Assembly (NCBI RefSeq): GCF_023169545.1
Contig: NZ_AP019769.1
Coordinates: 480,001 to 512,000 of the forward strand
Direction of reading: 5' to 3'
Source of the DNA: Nanobdella aerobiophila
Lineage (GTDB): Archaea; Nanobdellota; Nanobdellia; Nanobdellales; Nanobdellaceae
DNA: 32,000 bases
The position numbers and the translations under genes were made by a program. Shown piece by piece: positions 9,279 through 17,847 of this stretch (position 1 is the stretch's first letter; every line of letters starts with the position of its first letter). The notes under the pieces are model-generated. The model saw nothing but the letters and a program-made list of their open reading frames with translations. It had not been told where the DNA came from and did no database searches.

Positions 9279-10544
9279 ATGATTGCAGATATATTATTAA
9301 GTCAAAAATATTATATGGATAAAGTTATTAATAGTTCTAAATTCATCGAAAGAGAATTAAAATTAATAAATACAAAATTAGTAAAGGTAATAACTGGTAT
9401 TAGAAGATCTGGAAAATCTTTATTTATTTATAATTATTTAAAAGATAAAAAATTTGCATATGTAAATTTTGATGATGATAGAATATTAAAATATAGTGCA
9501 GAAGAAATATATAAAGGACTATTACAAGCATATAATTTATTTGATATAATTTTATTTGATGAAATACAAAATTTAGAAAATTGGGAAATATTTGTTAATA
9601 GATTATATAATCAAGATTATGATATCTATATTACAGGTTCAAATTCAAAATTATTATCAAAAGAATTATCTACACATTTAACTGGTAGGGCAATTTCTTT
9701 TACATTATTTCCTTTTTCTTTTAGAGAATTTCTTAAGGCAAAAGAATTTAAAATAAATACCTATGAAGATTATGAAAGAATAAAAGGATTATTAAGAGAA
9801 TATTTAGAATATGGAGGATTTCCAGAAATAGTTGTAAATAATGAAGATCCTCATATATATTTAAAGGAATTATATGATCGTATAATAAATGTTGACATAA
9901 TATATAGGTATAAAATAAAATATTCTAAGACATTTAAAGATATTTCATATTATCTATTATCAAATATTTCAAATAATATAACTTATAATTCAATAAAAAA
10001 GAATTTTAATTTAGGTAGTGATCATACTGCCTCAAAATATTTATATTATTTGGAAGAATCATTTTTATTCATATTTTTAAATAATTTTTCATTTAAATTA
10101 AAAGAAATAAATAAATCTCCTAAAAAAGTATATACAATTGATACAGGTTTTTATACATCATTAGGATATAAAGTATTACCAGATAATATTGGAAAACTAA
10201 TGGAGAATATTGTTGCAATTGAATTATTTAGAAGAAAAAGTTATTATAATAAAAATCTAGAAATATATTATTTTAAAGATTATCAACAACATGAAATAGA
10301 CTTTTTAATTAAAGAAGGAAATAATATAAAACAATTAATACAAGTATCATATATTAATAATTATGATGAAATAGATAAAAGAGAAATAAGATCATTATTA
10401 AAAGGATATAATTTATTTAATAAACCTGAATTATTAATAATTACTTGGGATTATGAAGATACAAAAATTATAGATAATATTAATATTAAATTTATACCTT
10501 TATATAAATGGTTATTAAATAATTCTTACATAAAAATTATATAA
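9279..10544 (+). CDS. AAA+ ATPase with DUF4143-like C-terminal region (array copy 3)
   Basis: Walker A GIRRSGKSLF, ILFDEIQ, TGSNSKLLSKELSTHLTGR. The track start (GTG 9240) falls within the promoter palindrome; ATG at 9279 lies about 26 nt after the TATA-like box. Confidence 0.85.
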   Translation: MIADILLSQKYYMDKVINSSKFIERELKLINTKLVKVITGIRRSGKSLFIYNYLKDKKFAYVNFDDDRILKYSAEEIYKGLLQAYNLFDIILFDEIQNLENWEIFVNRLYNQDYDIYITGSNSKLLSKELSTHLTGRAISFTLFPFSFREFLKAKEFKINTYEDYERIKGLLREYLEYGGFPEIVVNNEDPHIYLKELYDRIINVDIIYRYKIKYSKTFKDISYYLLSNISNNITYNSIKKNFNLGSDHTASKYLYYLEESFLFIFLNNFSFKLKEINKSPKKVYTIDTGFYTSLGYKVLPDNIGKLMENIVAIELFRRKSYYNKNLEIYYFKDYQQHEIDFLIKEGNNIKQLIQVSYINNYDEIDKREIRSLLKGYNLFNKPELLIITWDYEDTKIIDNINIKFIPLYKWLLNNSYIKII

Positions 10545-10547
10545 TAC

Positions 10548-10579
10548 AATATACCAACTTTTATAAAAACTGGTATATT
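10548..10579 (+). promoter_or_regulatory. TATA-centred palindrome upstream of ATPase 4
   Basis: AATATACCA - ACTTTTATAAAAAC - TGGTATATT: perfect 9-bp arms; dyad centre 10563.5 equals the centre of TTTTATAAAA (10559-10568); ATG at 10590. Confidence 0.7.
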
Positions 10580-10589
10580 ATAATATACT

Positions 10590-11864
10590 ATGATTGATAA
10601 AGAGTTGGTGAAGAGATATATACTAGAATTCCAAAGTAAACCACCATCTAATATTAAAAAAAGAGAATTAAATATAACACCAATTAAAGGAAAAGCTATA
10701 AGTATAATAGGACCAAGAAGAGTTGGAAAAACATACTTCTTATTCTCATTAATTGATAATCCAGAAAGATATGTATATATAGATTTTGAAAATCCTATAT
10801 TTGCAAATTTCAAGCCTGAAGATATAATAAATATAGCTGATATCTTTAAAGAATTATATCCAGATAAAGAACCCATATTTCTTTTAGATGAAGTACAGGT
10901 AATAGAAGATTGGGAAAGAGTAGTTAGATATTTATTATCTAAGAATTATTATGTATATATTACAGGTTCTTCATCAAAATTATTATCAAAGGAAATTGCA
11001 ACACATTTAAGAGGTAGAACTATAACTTATAATATATTTAATTTAAGCTTTAGAGAATTCTTAAGATTTAAAGATATAAATTTTGAAGGTAAAGATTTTT
11101 ATCTAAATTATAATAAAATAAAATCTCTATTAAATGAATATATAAAATATGGAGGATATCCTGAAATAGTATTAAACGAAGATAAACTAAAACTATTACA
11201 AGATTATTTAACTACGGTAGTAAGTAGGGATATTATTGATAGATATATGATAAAAAATGAAAAAATTATAAATGAAATTTTATATTTTGCTATTAATAAT
11301 TATTCAAAATACATTTCATACAATTCTTTACACAAACTATTCAAACAATATGGCAAAAGTATTCATAAAATAACAATTATTAAATATTTATCATATTTCG
11401 AAGATTCTTTATTATTATTTTTACTAAAGAAATATTCTAAATCTATAAAAGAGATAATAGTATCACCTAAAAAAGTATATTTAATAGATACAGGATATGG
11501 AATATTTGGAAATAAAGATATCAGCAGGGATATGGAAAATATTATTTATTTAGAATTATTGAGAAAAACAAATATTAATCCATTATTAGAAATATATTAT
11601 TTCAAAGATTATCAACAACATGAAATAGACTTTTTAGTAAAAGAAGGAAATAATATAAAACAATTAATACAAGTATCATATATAAATAATTATGATGAAA
11701 TAGATAAAAGAGAAATAAGATCATTATTAAAAGGATATAATTTATTTAAAGAATATAATCCTGAATTATTAATAATTACTTGGGATTATGAAGATAATAA
11801 AATAATAGATAATATTAATATTAAGTTTATACCTTTATATAGGTGGTTATTAAATAATGATTAG
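10590..11864 (+). CDS. AAA+ ATPase with DUF4143-like C-terminal region (array copy 4)
   Basis: Walker A GPRRVGKTYFL, IFLLDEVQ, TGSSSKLLSKEIATHLRGR, shared C-terminus. Confidence 0.88.
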   Translation: MIDKELVKRYILEFQSKPPSNIKKRELNITPIKGKAISIIGPRRVGKTYFLFSLIDNPERYVYIDFENPIFANFKPEDIINIADIFKELYPDKEPIFLLDEVQVIEDWERVVRYLLSKNYYVYITGSSSKLLSKEIATHLRGRTITYNIFNLSFREFLRFKDINFEGKDFYLNYNKIKSLLNEYIKYGGYPEIVLNEDKLKLLQDYLTTVVSRDIIDRYMIKNEKIINEILYFAINNYSKYISYNSLHKLFKQYGKSIHKITIIKYLSYFEDSLLLFLLKKYSKSIKEIIVSPKKVYLIDTGYGIFGNKDISRDMENIIYLELLRKTNINPLLEIYYFKDYQQHEIDFLVKEGNNIKQLIQVSYINNYDEIDKREIRSLLKGYNLFKEYNPELLIITWDYEDNKIIDNINIKFIPLYRWLLNND

Positions 11865-12242
11865 TTTTTTAATAACTCTTATTTGTTATATTTTATAATA
11901 AAGATATTAAAAATTTTCTAAATCTATTATAATTGAGTATAAATGATTATTTTCCATTAAAAAATAAATTTTCTCCCGAGATCTCCATATTTTATGCTAT
12001 AAGTAAATGAATAGCATCTTCTAAATTTATTCTATGATATAAAAATCTATATTTTTATAGGCATTAATTAATAATACAGATATATTATAGAAATATAAAA
12101 TAAAAATGCTTAATATAAAAAATATTATAATATAAATAATTTAATATTTTATATTTAATAACTCTAAAGTTATTTAATTAAATTTTTATTGATTATATTT
12201 ATAATTATAATACTACTAAAAATATATATTATTATTGTACAA

Positions 12243-12278
12243 TATAGTGAACAAAATTTATATTTTTTGTACACTATA
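12243..12278 (+). promoter_or_regulatory. TATA-centred 36-bp palindrome upstream of ATPase 5
   Basis: TATAGTGAACAAAATTTATATTTTTTGTACACTATA: 15 of 18 dyad positions pair; centre 12260.5 within TTTATATT (12257-12264); ATG at 12288. Confidence 0.65.
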
Positions 12279-12287
12279 ATATATATA

Positions 12288-13526
12288 ATGAATATAAGTG
12301 AAGTATTGATAAGACAAAAGAATGAATTAAATTATATTTATTCACAAGAATTATTAGATAGAGAATATCATATTGATATAAATACAGATATTATAAAAGT
12401 AATAACTGGTATTAGAAGATCTGGTAAAAGTACTTTAGCATTATTATCATTAAAAGATAAAAATTTTGGATATGTAAATTTTGATGAAAGAGAATTAATT
12501 AATTTTAATTCAACAGATATAGAAAAAGGGATAAAAGAAATATATGGAGATACAAATATTTTATTTTTAGACGAGATACAAAATTATGATAAATGGGAAC
12601 TATGGGTAAATTCTTTATATAGAAGAGGATATAATATAACTATTACAGGATCTAATTCAAAATTATTATCAAAAGAATTATCTACACATTTAACTGGTAG
12701 ATATGTATCAATTGAGATTTTTCCATTTTCTTTTAAGGAAATATTAAATTATAAAAAAATTAATTTAAAAGATATAGAAATTGATAAAGAAAAAAAGGGA
12801 AAAATATTAAATATATTAAGAAATTATTTAGATACTGGAGGATTTCCTGAAGTAATTGTAAAAAATTTTGGAAAAGATTATATTAAAACATTATTTGATA
12901 GCATAATATATAAAGACGTTTTATATAGATATAAAATAAGAAATATTGAAAAATTACATGATTTAGCAAGATATTTAATATTTATATCATCTAATAGATT
13001 TACAATAAACAAATTATATAATATATTAAATTTTAATAGTAAAGTAACAGTAGAAAGATACATAGAATACTTAAAAGAAGCATACTTGATCTTTACACTA
13101 AGATATTTTTCATATAAAGAAAAAGAAAGAGTAAAATATCCTAAAAAAATATATATAATAGATAATGGATTTATAACAGCATTATCAGATAATTATTCAA
13201 TAAGTAGATTAATGGAAAATACTGTTTTTATTGAATTATATAAAAAATATAAAGAAAATTTTTATTATTTATATGGAAATAATTATGAAATAGACTTTTT
13301 AATTAAAGAAGGAAATAATATAAAACAATTAATACAAGTATCATATATTAATAATTATGATGAAATAGATAAAAGAGAAATAAGATCATTAATTAAAGGA
13401 TATAATTTATTTAAAGAATATAATCCTGAATTATTAATAATTACTTGGGATTATGAGGATACAAAAATTATAGATAATGTAAATATTAAATTTATACCTT
13501 TATATAAATGGTTATTAAATATATAA
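12288..13526 (+). CDS. AAA+ ATPase with DUF4143-like C-terminal region (array copy 5)
   Basis: Walker A GIRRSGKSTLAL, ILFLDEIQ, TGSNSKLLSKELSTHLTGR. Track start 12189 adds 33 non-homologous residues spanning the promoter palindrome; ATG 12288 preferred. Confidence 0.85.
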   Translation: MNISEVLIRQKNELNYIYSQELLDREYHIDINTDIIKVITGIRRSGKSTLALLSLKDKNFGYVNFDERELINFNSTDIEKGIKEIYGDTNILFLDEIQNYDKWELWVNSLYRRGYNITITGSNSKLLSKELSTHLTGRYVSIEIFPFSFKEILNYKKINLKDIEIDKEKKGKILNILRNYLDTGGFPEVIVKNFGKDYIKTLFDSIIYKDVLYRYKIRNIEKLHDLARYLIFISSNRFTINKLYNILNFNSKVTVERYIEYLKEAYLIFTLRYFSYKEKERVKYPKKIYIIDNGFITALSDNYSISRLMENTVFIELYKKYKENFYYLYGNNYEIDFLIKEGNNIKQLIQVSYINNYDEIDKREIRSLIKGYNLFKEYNPELLIITWDYEDTKIIDNVNIKFIPLYKWLLNI

Positions 13527-13646
13527 AAATAATAAATTCCCAATAAATAAATTTTTTATTATTTTATATATAGAACAAATTACAATTGTTATTGTAAATG
13601 ATATCTATAATAGGACCTGAAAACATATTGTTTATATAAAAAACAA

Positions 13647-13775
13647 GATTTTATATTATTAAAATTCAATTATTATCAGAGAATTGAATATAGAATAAAT
13701 TATTTAAAAGATTTATTAGAACAATATGGAAATATATTTCTGTTTAAAGGCATTTTTGAAAAATATTAAATAGTT
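13647..13775 (+). pseudogene. Duplicated, internally deleted 3' fragment of the pgi/pmi gene
   Basis: 13647-13733 is identical over 87 nt to 5955-6041; 13742-13775 matches 6178-6211 with one mismatch; the intervening segment (about 6042-6177) is missing. Confidence 0.93.
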
Positions 13776-14192
13776 CTAGAAAATCTTCCATATCCCATTC
13801 GCTTTTGCGAATATTTTTTCGCCATTATATAAATTCCCTTCCACAAATACAATTGAACTACCTTTTCTAATTATTCTTCCATTTATATAAAATTTATTGC
13901 CTTTTGCTTCTTCTAAAAAATCTATATTCAGATTTACTGTTACCTGATTAGCTTTATCATTAAATATTCTTACTAATAAACCAAGAAAAGCGTCGAATAA
14001 TAATTCTACAAAACCCCCAAACAAAAAGCCACCCTTCCTATAAAAATAATCTTTACCATCAAAAGATATTATTATTTCATTTTCTTTAAGTTCTTCTAAA
14101 TTAAATTCTAAACCTAATTTTTTTAATATTGGTATTTCTTCATATATTCTATTTATTTTAGTTCTAACTATACTAATATCCATATAATTCAT
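13776..14192 (-). CDS. PaaI-like hotdog-fold thioesterase
   Basis: 138 aa; FYRKGGFLFGGFVELLFDAFLGLLVRIF... TVNLNIDFLEEAKG...INGRIIRKGSSIVFVEGNLYNGEKIFAKANGIWKIF typical of the PaaI/YdiI fold. Confidence 0.7.
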   Translation of the reverse strand: MNYMDISIVRTKINRIYEEIPILKKLGLEFNLEELKENEIIISFDGKDYFYRKGGFLFGGFVELLFDAFLGLLVRIFNDKANQVTVNLNIDFLEEAKGNKFYINGRIIRKGSSIVFVEGNLYNGEKIFAKANGIWKIF

Positions 14193-14267
14193 CTAAATTC
14201 TATAAAATATATAAATCTAATGTTCATAGGTTTATAGAGGAATTTAAACTAGATTTTTAATAAAAAA

Positions 14268-15215
14268 TTATTCTACTAAATTCATTAACTTATCATATAA
14301 TTTCTTGGTATCTACTTCTCCTATTTTTCTTTTACTTAAATCAATGTTATAATATTTAATTGCATCATTAACAACACTATTTAAATCATTTACCAATCCT
14401 TTAATTCTTTCTGTAGCATTTTCTAGCGAATTTTTTAAGAATCTATCAAAATATATTGGTGCCAAACTCAAACCAATTAAATAACAAATATCTTTTGTCT
14501 TTATTTTTATATTTTCTAACAAATATTCTACTAAAAATTTATTATCATCAAAATTATTGAACATATTTTCTTTATTAAATATATATCTGTGACTAATTAA
14601 TATATTTTCTATTTCATCAATTCGAAATTCATTAATTAATAATAATACAATACTAGTCAATATACTAAAGAAATCTGTAATAGTTTCTCTATTGAAATAT
14701 CCATAATATTTTTCTAATTCATTTAATTTTCCATAATCAATATCTTTAAATCCAAATATTTTCCTAAAGAATAATTCATTTACTATTGGTAAATAATTTA
14801 TATCTAATAGATTTAAGTATTCTGATAAAAGATTATGGAACATTTCATGTATAAATACATGAATATATCTATTAATTAGATGGTAAACTTGTTCTTTTAT
14901 TCTTATAATATTATTGAAAAATGGATTTTTTGATATGTATATAACATATATCTTTAAATCATTATCTATATATCTCAAAGCTGATCCGCCTTCATAATAC
15001 ATTCCCTTAGATCTTCTATCATAATATATCTCCTTCAAATATTTTTTTATAAAAAAGGAATCGGTATTATTTATTATAAATATATATTCGTTATTTTCTA
15101 AATTTCTTGTAGCTGATCTTGTTATTTCTATGCTCTTTCTTATCAAAAATATTTCCTTTTCATCAAATGTATTTGAAACAAAAATATTTTTGTATATAGG
15201 AAAGAAGAGCTTCAT
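14268..15215 (-). CDS. Putative zinc metallopeptidase-like protein (HExxH)
   Basis: Contains HVFIHEMFHNLLSEYLNL. The track ORF begins at 15308; internal ATG (MKLFFPIYK) at 15215 is a plausible start. Confidence 0.5.
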   Translation of the reverse strand: MKLFFPIYKNIFVSNTFDEKEIFLIRKSIEITRSATRNLENNEYIFIINNTDSFFIKKYLKEIYYDRRSKGMYYEGGSALRYIDNDLKIYVIYISKNPFFNNIIRIKEQVYHLINRYIHVFIHEMFHNLLSEYLNLLDINYLPIVNELFFRKIFGFKDIDYGKLNELEKYYGYFNRETITDFFSILTSIVLLLINEFRIDEIENILISHRYIFNKENMFNNFDDNKFLVEYLLENIKIKTKDICYLIGLSLAPIYFDRFLKNSLENATERIKGLVNDLNSVVNDAIKYYNIDLSKRKIGEVDTKKLYDKLMNLVE

Positions 15216-15385
15216 AAAATAATAATTATCATAAAAAGTTAAAGATTTTTTAGAAAAATTGAAGTTAAATTTTAATTTATATCTTACAAATATATTATAT
15301 ATAAACAAAAGAGTGCTATCAAAAAATAATTTTTGTATATTTTGAAAAATTTACTAAATATAAAATTTATTTAAAATATTTTAAT

Positions 15386-16264
15386 ATGAGAATATTACTA
15401 AAATTTATATCATTACAAGATGCTAAATATGAAATAATTAATAATTATATTATTCAAGGTTTTATATATAATTTACTAAAAGATACTGAATTTGCATGGG
15501 TACATTCATATAAGGGATATAAATATTTTAATTTTTCAAATATATTTCCTGTAGAAGATCTAAAAATAGATAAAAAATATAATTTAATTATTTCTTCACC
15601 AAATAAAAAAATAATAAATGTAATGTATGAAAAATTAAAGGAAATAGATGAATTTAAACTAGGGATTTTAGATTTTAAAATAATTGAATTAAAAAAATTT
15701 GAATTAGAACTAAGATTTCCATGGGAAACTGCTACTCCAATTATATTAAAGAAAGGATATAATGGATATTTATCGGATGGTTTTAATTTATATAAAGTAT
15801 TCACAAAAGATAAAAATATATTTAAAGAATTCAAAAAAGAAAAAATAAGGATTAATAAAGATATTAAAGATATAAAAGTAAAAGATATAGATTATCTTGA
15901 TAAAAATAAATTTAGAATTATTAGAATAGATGATGTTTATTATAGCTTCGAAAAAGATTTAGATAATTTTTTTGATTGGTTAGAAGATTTAAAGAAAAAT
16001 TCTTTATTAAAATATAATTCTTATACAGGTTCTGAATTTACTTTTGATGAACCATTATTCGATGAATTTGAATATAGAAGAGAAATACCTGTAAAGGCAA
16101 GGGTAAAAAATAGAGGAGATGTTACATATATTGGAACTTTATGGAGAAAATTAAATGTTATAAGAAATTTAGATAGAGAAGAAAAAAGATTTTATAAATT
16201 TTTATTTGATACTGGTTTAGGATTACTTAATTCTATGGGATTTGGATTCATTAATTTGAAATAA
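15386..16264 (+). CDS. cas6: CRISPR-associated endoribonuclease Cas6
   Basis: Cas6-like length and N-terminus, plus C-terminal Gly-rich signature KFLFDTGLGLLNSMGFGFINLK. Confidence 0.88.
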   Translation: MRILLKFISLQDAKYEIINNYIIQGFIYNLLKDTEFAWVHSYKGYKYFNFSNIFPVEDLKIDKKYNLIISSPNKKIINVMYEKLKEIDEFKLGILDFKIIELKKFELELRFPWETATPIILKKGYNGYLSDGFNLYKVFTKDKNIFKEFKKEKIRINKDIKDIKVKDIDYLDKNKFRIIRIDDVYYSFEKDLDNFFDWLEDLKKNSLLKYNSYTGSEFTFDEPLFDEFEYRREIPVKARVKNRGDVTYIGTLWRKLNVIRNLDREEKRFYKFLFDTGLGLLNSMGFGFINLK

Positions 16265-16765
16265 TTATATTTCATCACTCCAGCATATCATTCTGTAGGA
16301 ACAATATTTACAATATTGTTTTTTTATTACTTTTGGTGGTTTATCGGATTTTAATATTTCTTTAATGTTCTTAACCATCTCTTCTATTTTCTTTTCATCT
16401 TCTTTAGATAATTCTATATATTCTTCTTTGCTTTCTTCAGGTATTATTAATTTTCCTTTTACATTCAAGCCCTTTCTATTTAAATAATATAAGTAATATT
16501 TTAATTGCCATAATGATGCTTCTTTAAATGAGGAAGACTTTTTAATTTCATAGATTAATACAAAATCTCTATATCTTTTCATAATATCTGGAGATATATC
16601 TTCAATTATTAATTTCTTTTGATATTTATATTTTTCTTTATAAAATAATTCTATATATTTTCCGATTAGCACCAGATCTGATTCATGTTCCATAGTTATT
16701 TTATGATGATAAAACCATAATTTCCTAGGACAAATAATAAAATAATAAATATAATTACCTTTCAT
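16265..16765 (-). CDS. cas4: CRISPR-associated exonuclease Cas4
   Basis: CPRKLWFYHH, YEIKKSSSF, WQLKYYLYYL and C-terminal CKYCSYRMIC: Fe-S cysteines and RecB-like motifs. Confidence 0.9.
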   Translation of the reverse strand: MKGNYIYYFIICPRKLWFYHHKITMEHESDLVLIGKYIELFYKEKYKYQKKLIIEDISPDIMKRYRDFVLIYEIKKSSSFKEASLWQLKYYLYYLNRKGLNVKGKLIIPEESKEEYIELSKEDEKKIEEMVKNIKEILKSDKPPKVIKKQYCKYCSYRMICWSDEI

Positions 16766-17385
16766 TAATACATTCTTAATAAATATCTTTCCAATTCTTC
16801 TGTACCAATTATAGACTTTTTTCCTAATATAACAGTTCTTTCTTCTAATTCTATTTCAATATTCTTAGTTTTAATAAAAGCTGTCAGATTTCTTTTGAAT
16901 ATTTCGGAATATTCTATGGGAACTCTAATTATAAAAGGATTCCTTCTTATTAATTCAGCATGAGTCTCTTCTAATAAACCTTTTTTATTTCTATCCTTTC
17001 TTCCATAAATAAAGAAATGAAAAGATACCTTCTTGCTATTTTTATTTTCCCCATAAATTATTTTTCTAAATATATATTCTTTAAATGATTTAAATGCCAA
17101 AATTTCTCTAATTGGTCTTTTATATTTTACAGACCAACCTTCTGATAATATTTCTATCAATAATGTTCCTAAAGAAAATAATTTATCAGATTCTATAATA
17201 TTTATATGATATATTTCTGGTAAATTTAGTTTTTTATATACATCATATGTGATTTTCTTGAATATAACTAATATATCAATATCTTTTGGATTTTCTTTTC
17301 CTCTAGTTATAGATCCGAATATTATAATATCTTCTATATTTTCATCTAATATTTTATGTAACTCTTCTATAATTTTATTTATCAT
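16765..17385 (-). CDS. MNT-type nucleotidyltransferase (Pol beta fold)
   Basis: IIIFGSITRGKENPKDIDILV matches GSxxxG...DxD nucleotidyltransferase motif. Confidence 0.75.
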   Translation of the reverse strand: MINKIIEELHKILDENIEDIIIFGSITRGKENPKDIDILVIFKKITYDVYKKLNLPEIYHINIIESDKLFSLGTLLIEILSEGWSVKYKRPIREILAFKSFKEYIFRKIIYGENKNSKKVSFHFFIYGRKDRNKKGLLEETHAELIRRNPFIIRVPIEYSEIFKRNLTAFIKTKNIEIELEERTVILGKKSIIGTEELERYLLRMY

Positions 17386-17713
17386 CTTTTATCATATCCT
17401 TTATTTTTGTAGCCCATTCTTTTAATGAACTTGCTTCTGAAGGTGTAATATTCCTATAATAAGCGCTAATGTATATTTCATATATACTTTGGTATATATC
17501 TGAAAGTTCTTTACAAACTTTGTCTATTATTTTTTTAGAATTTAAATATATTTTTCTTTCATCATGGTTTTTTACTGTTATATTATATTTTTTATATAAA
17601 TAATAATCTATCATTCTGAATATTGCTTTAGCATATAATACAGCAGATGCTGTATACCAACCTTTCTGATAATCGAACTCTGCAGGTTCTAATAATTCTT
17701 CCCATGGTTCCAT
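17375..17713 (-). CDS. HEPN-like domain protein
   Basis: 112 aa helical protein, EEL...AEFDYQKGWYTASAVLYAKAIFRMIDYYLY; start overlaps the MNT-type gene by 11 nt. No Rx4-6H motif visible. Confidence 0.6.
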   Translation of the reverse strand: MEPWEELLEPAEFDYQKGWYTASAVLYAKAIFRMIDYYLYKKYNITVKNHDERKIYLNSKKIIDKVCKELSDIYQSIYEIYISAYYRNITPSEASSLKEWATKIKDMIKDDK

Positions 17714-17847
17714 GAATATATTATAAAATTTAAATTATATAAGAATATCCATGGTTACAATAGTTAACGAAATTATATATTTAATTTCAACATGGTTAAT
17801 TATTATACCAAAGAAACATTTATAATCTTTTAAATCTATAATATAAA

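Noticed and set aside
12189-12287. N-terminal extension of ATPase 5 (MIIFIIIILLKIYIIIVQYSEQN...) as a transmembrane anchor
   Set aside because: Not present in the paralogues, and it spans the TATA-centred palindrome; ATG at 12288 is at the expected leaderless distance.
6584-13526. Idea that the ATPase array is an IS element or diversity-generating retroelement
   Set aside because: No transposase, integrase or reverse transcriptase is seen, and the constant part is the 3' end with no template/variable repeat pair or adenine-specific pattern; gene conversion fits better.
15454-15834. Minus-strand ORF of 126 aa inside cas6
   Set aside because: Antisense to a confident cas6; composition consistent with a shadow ORF.
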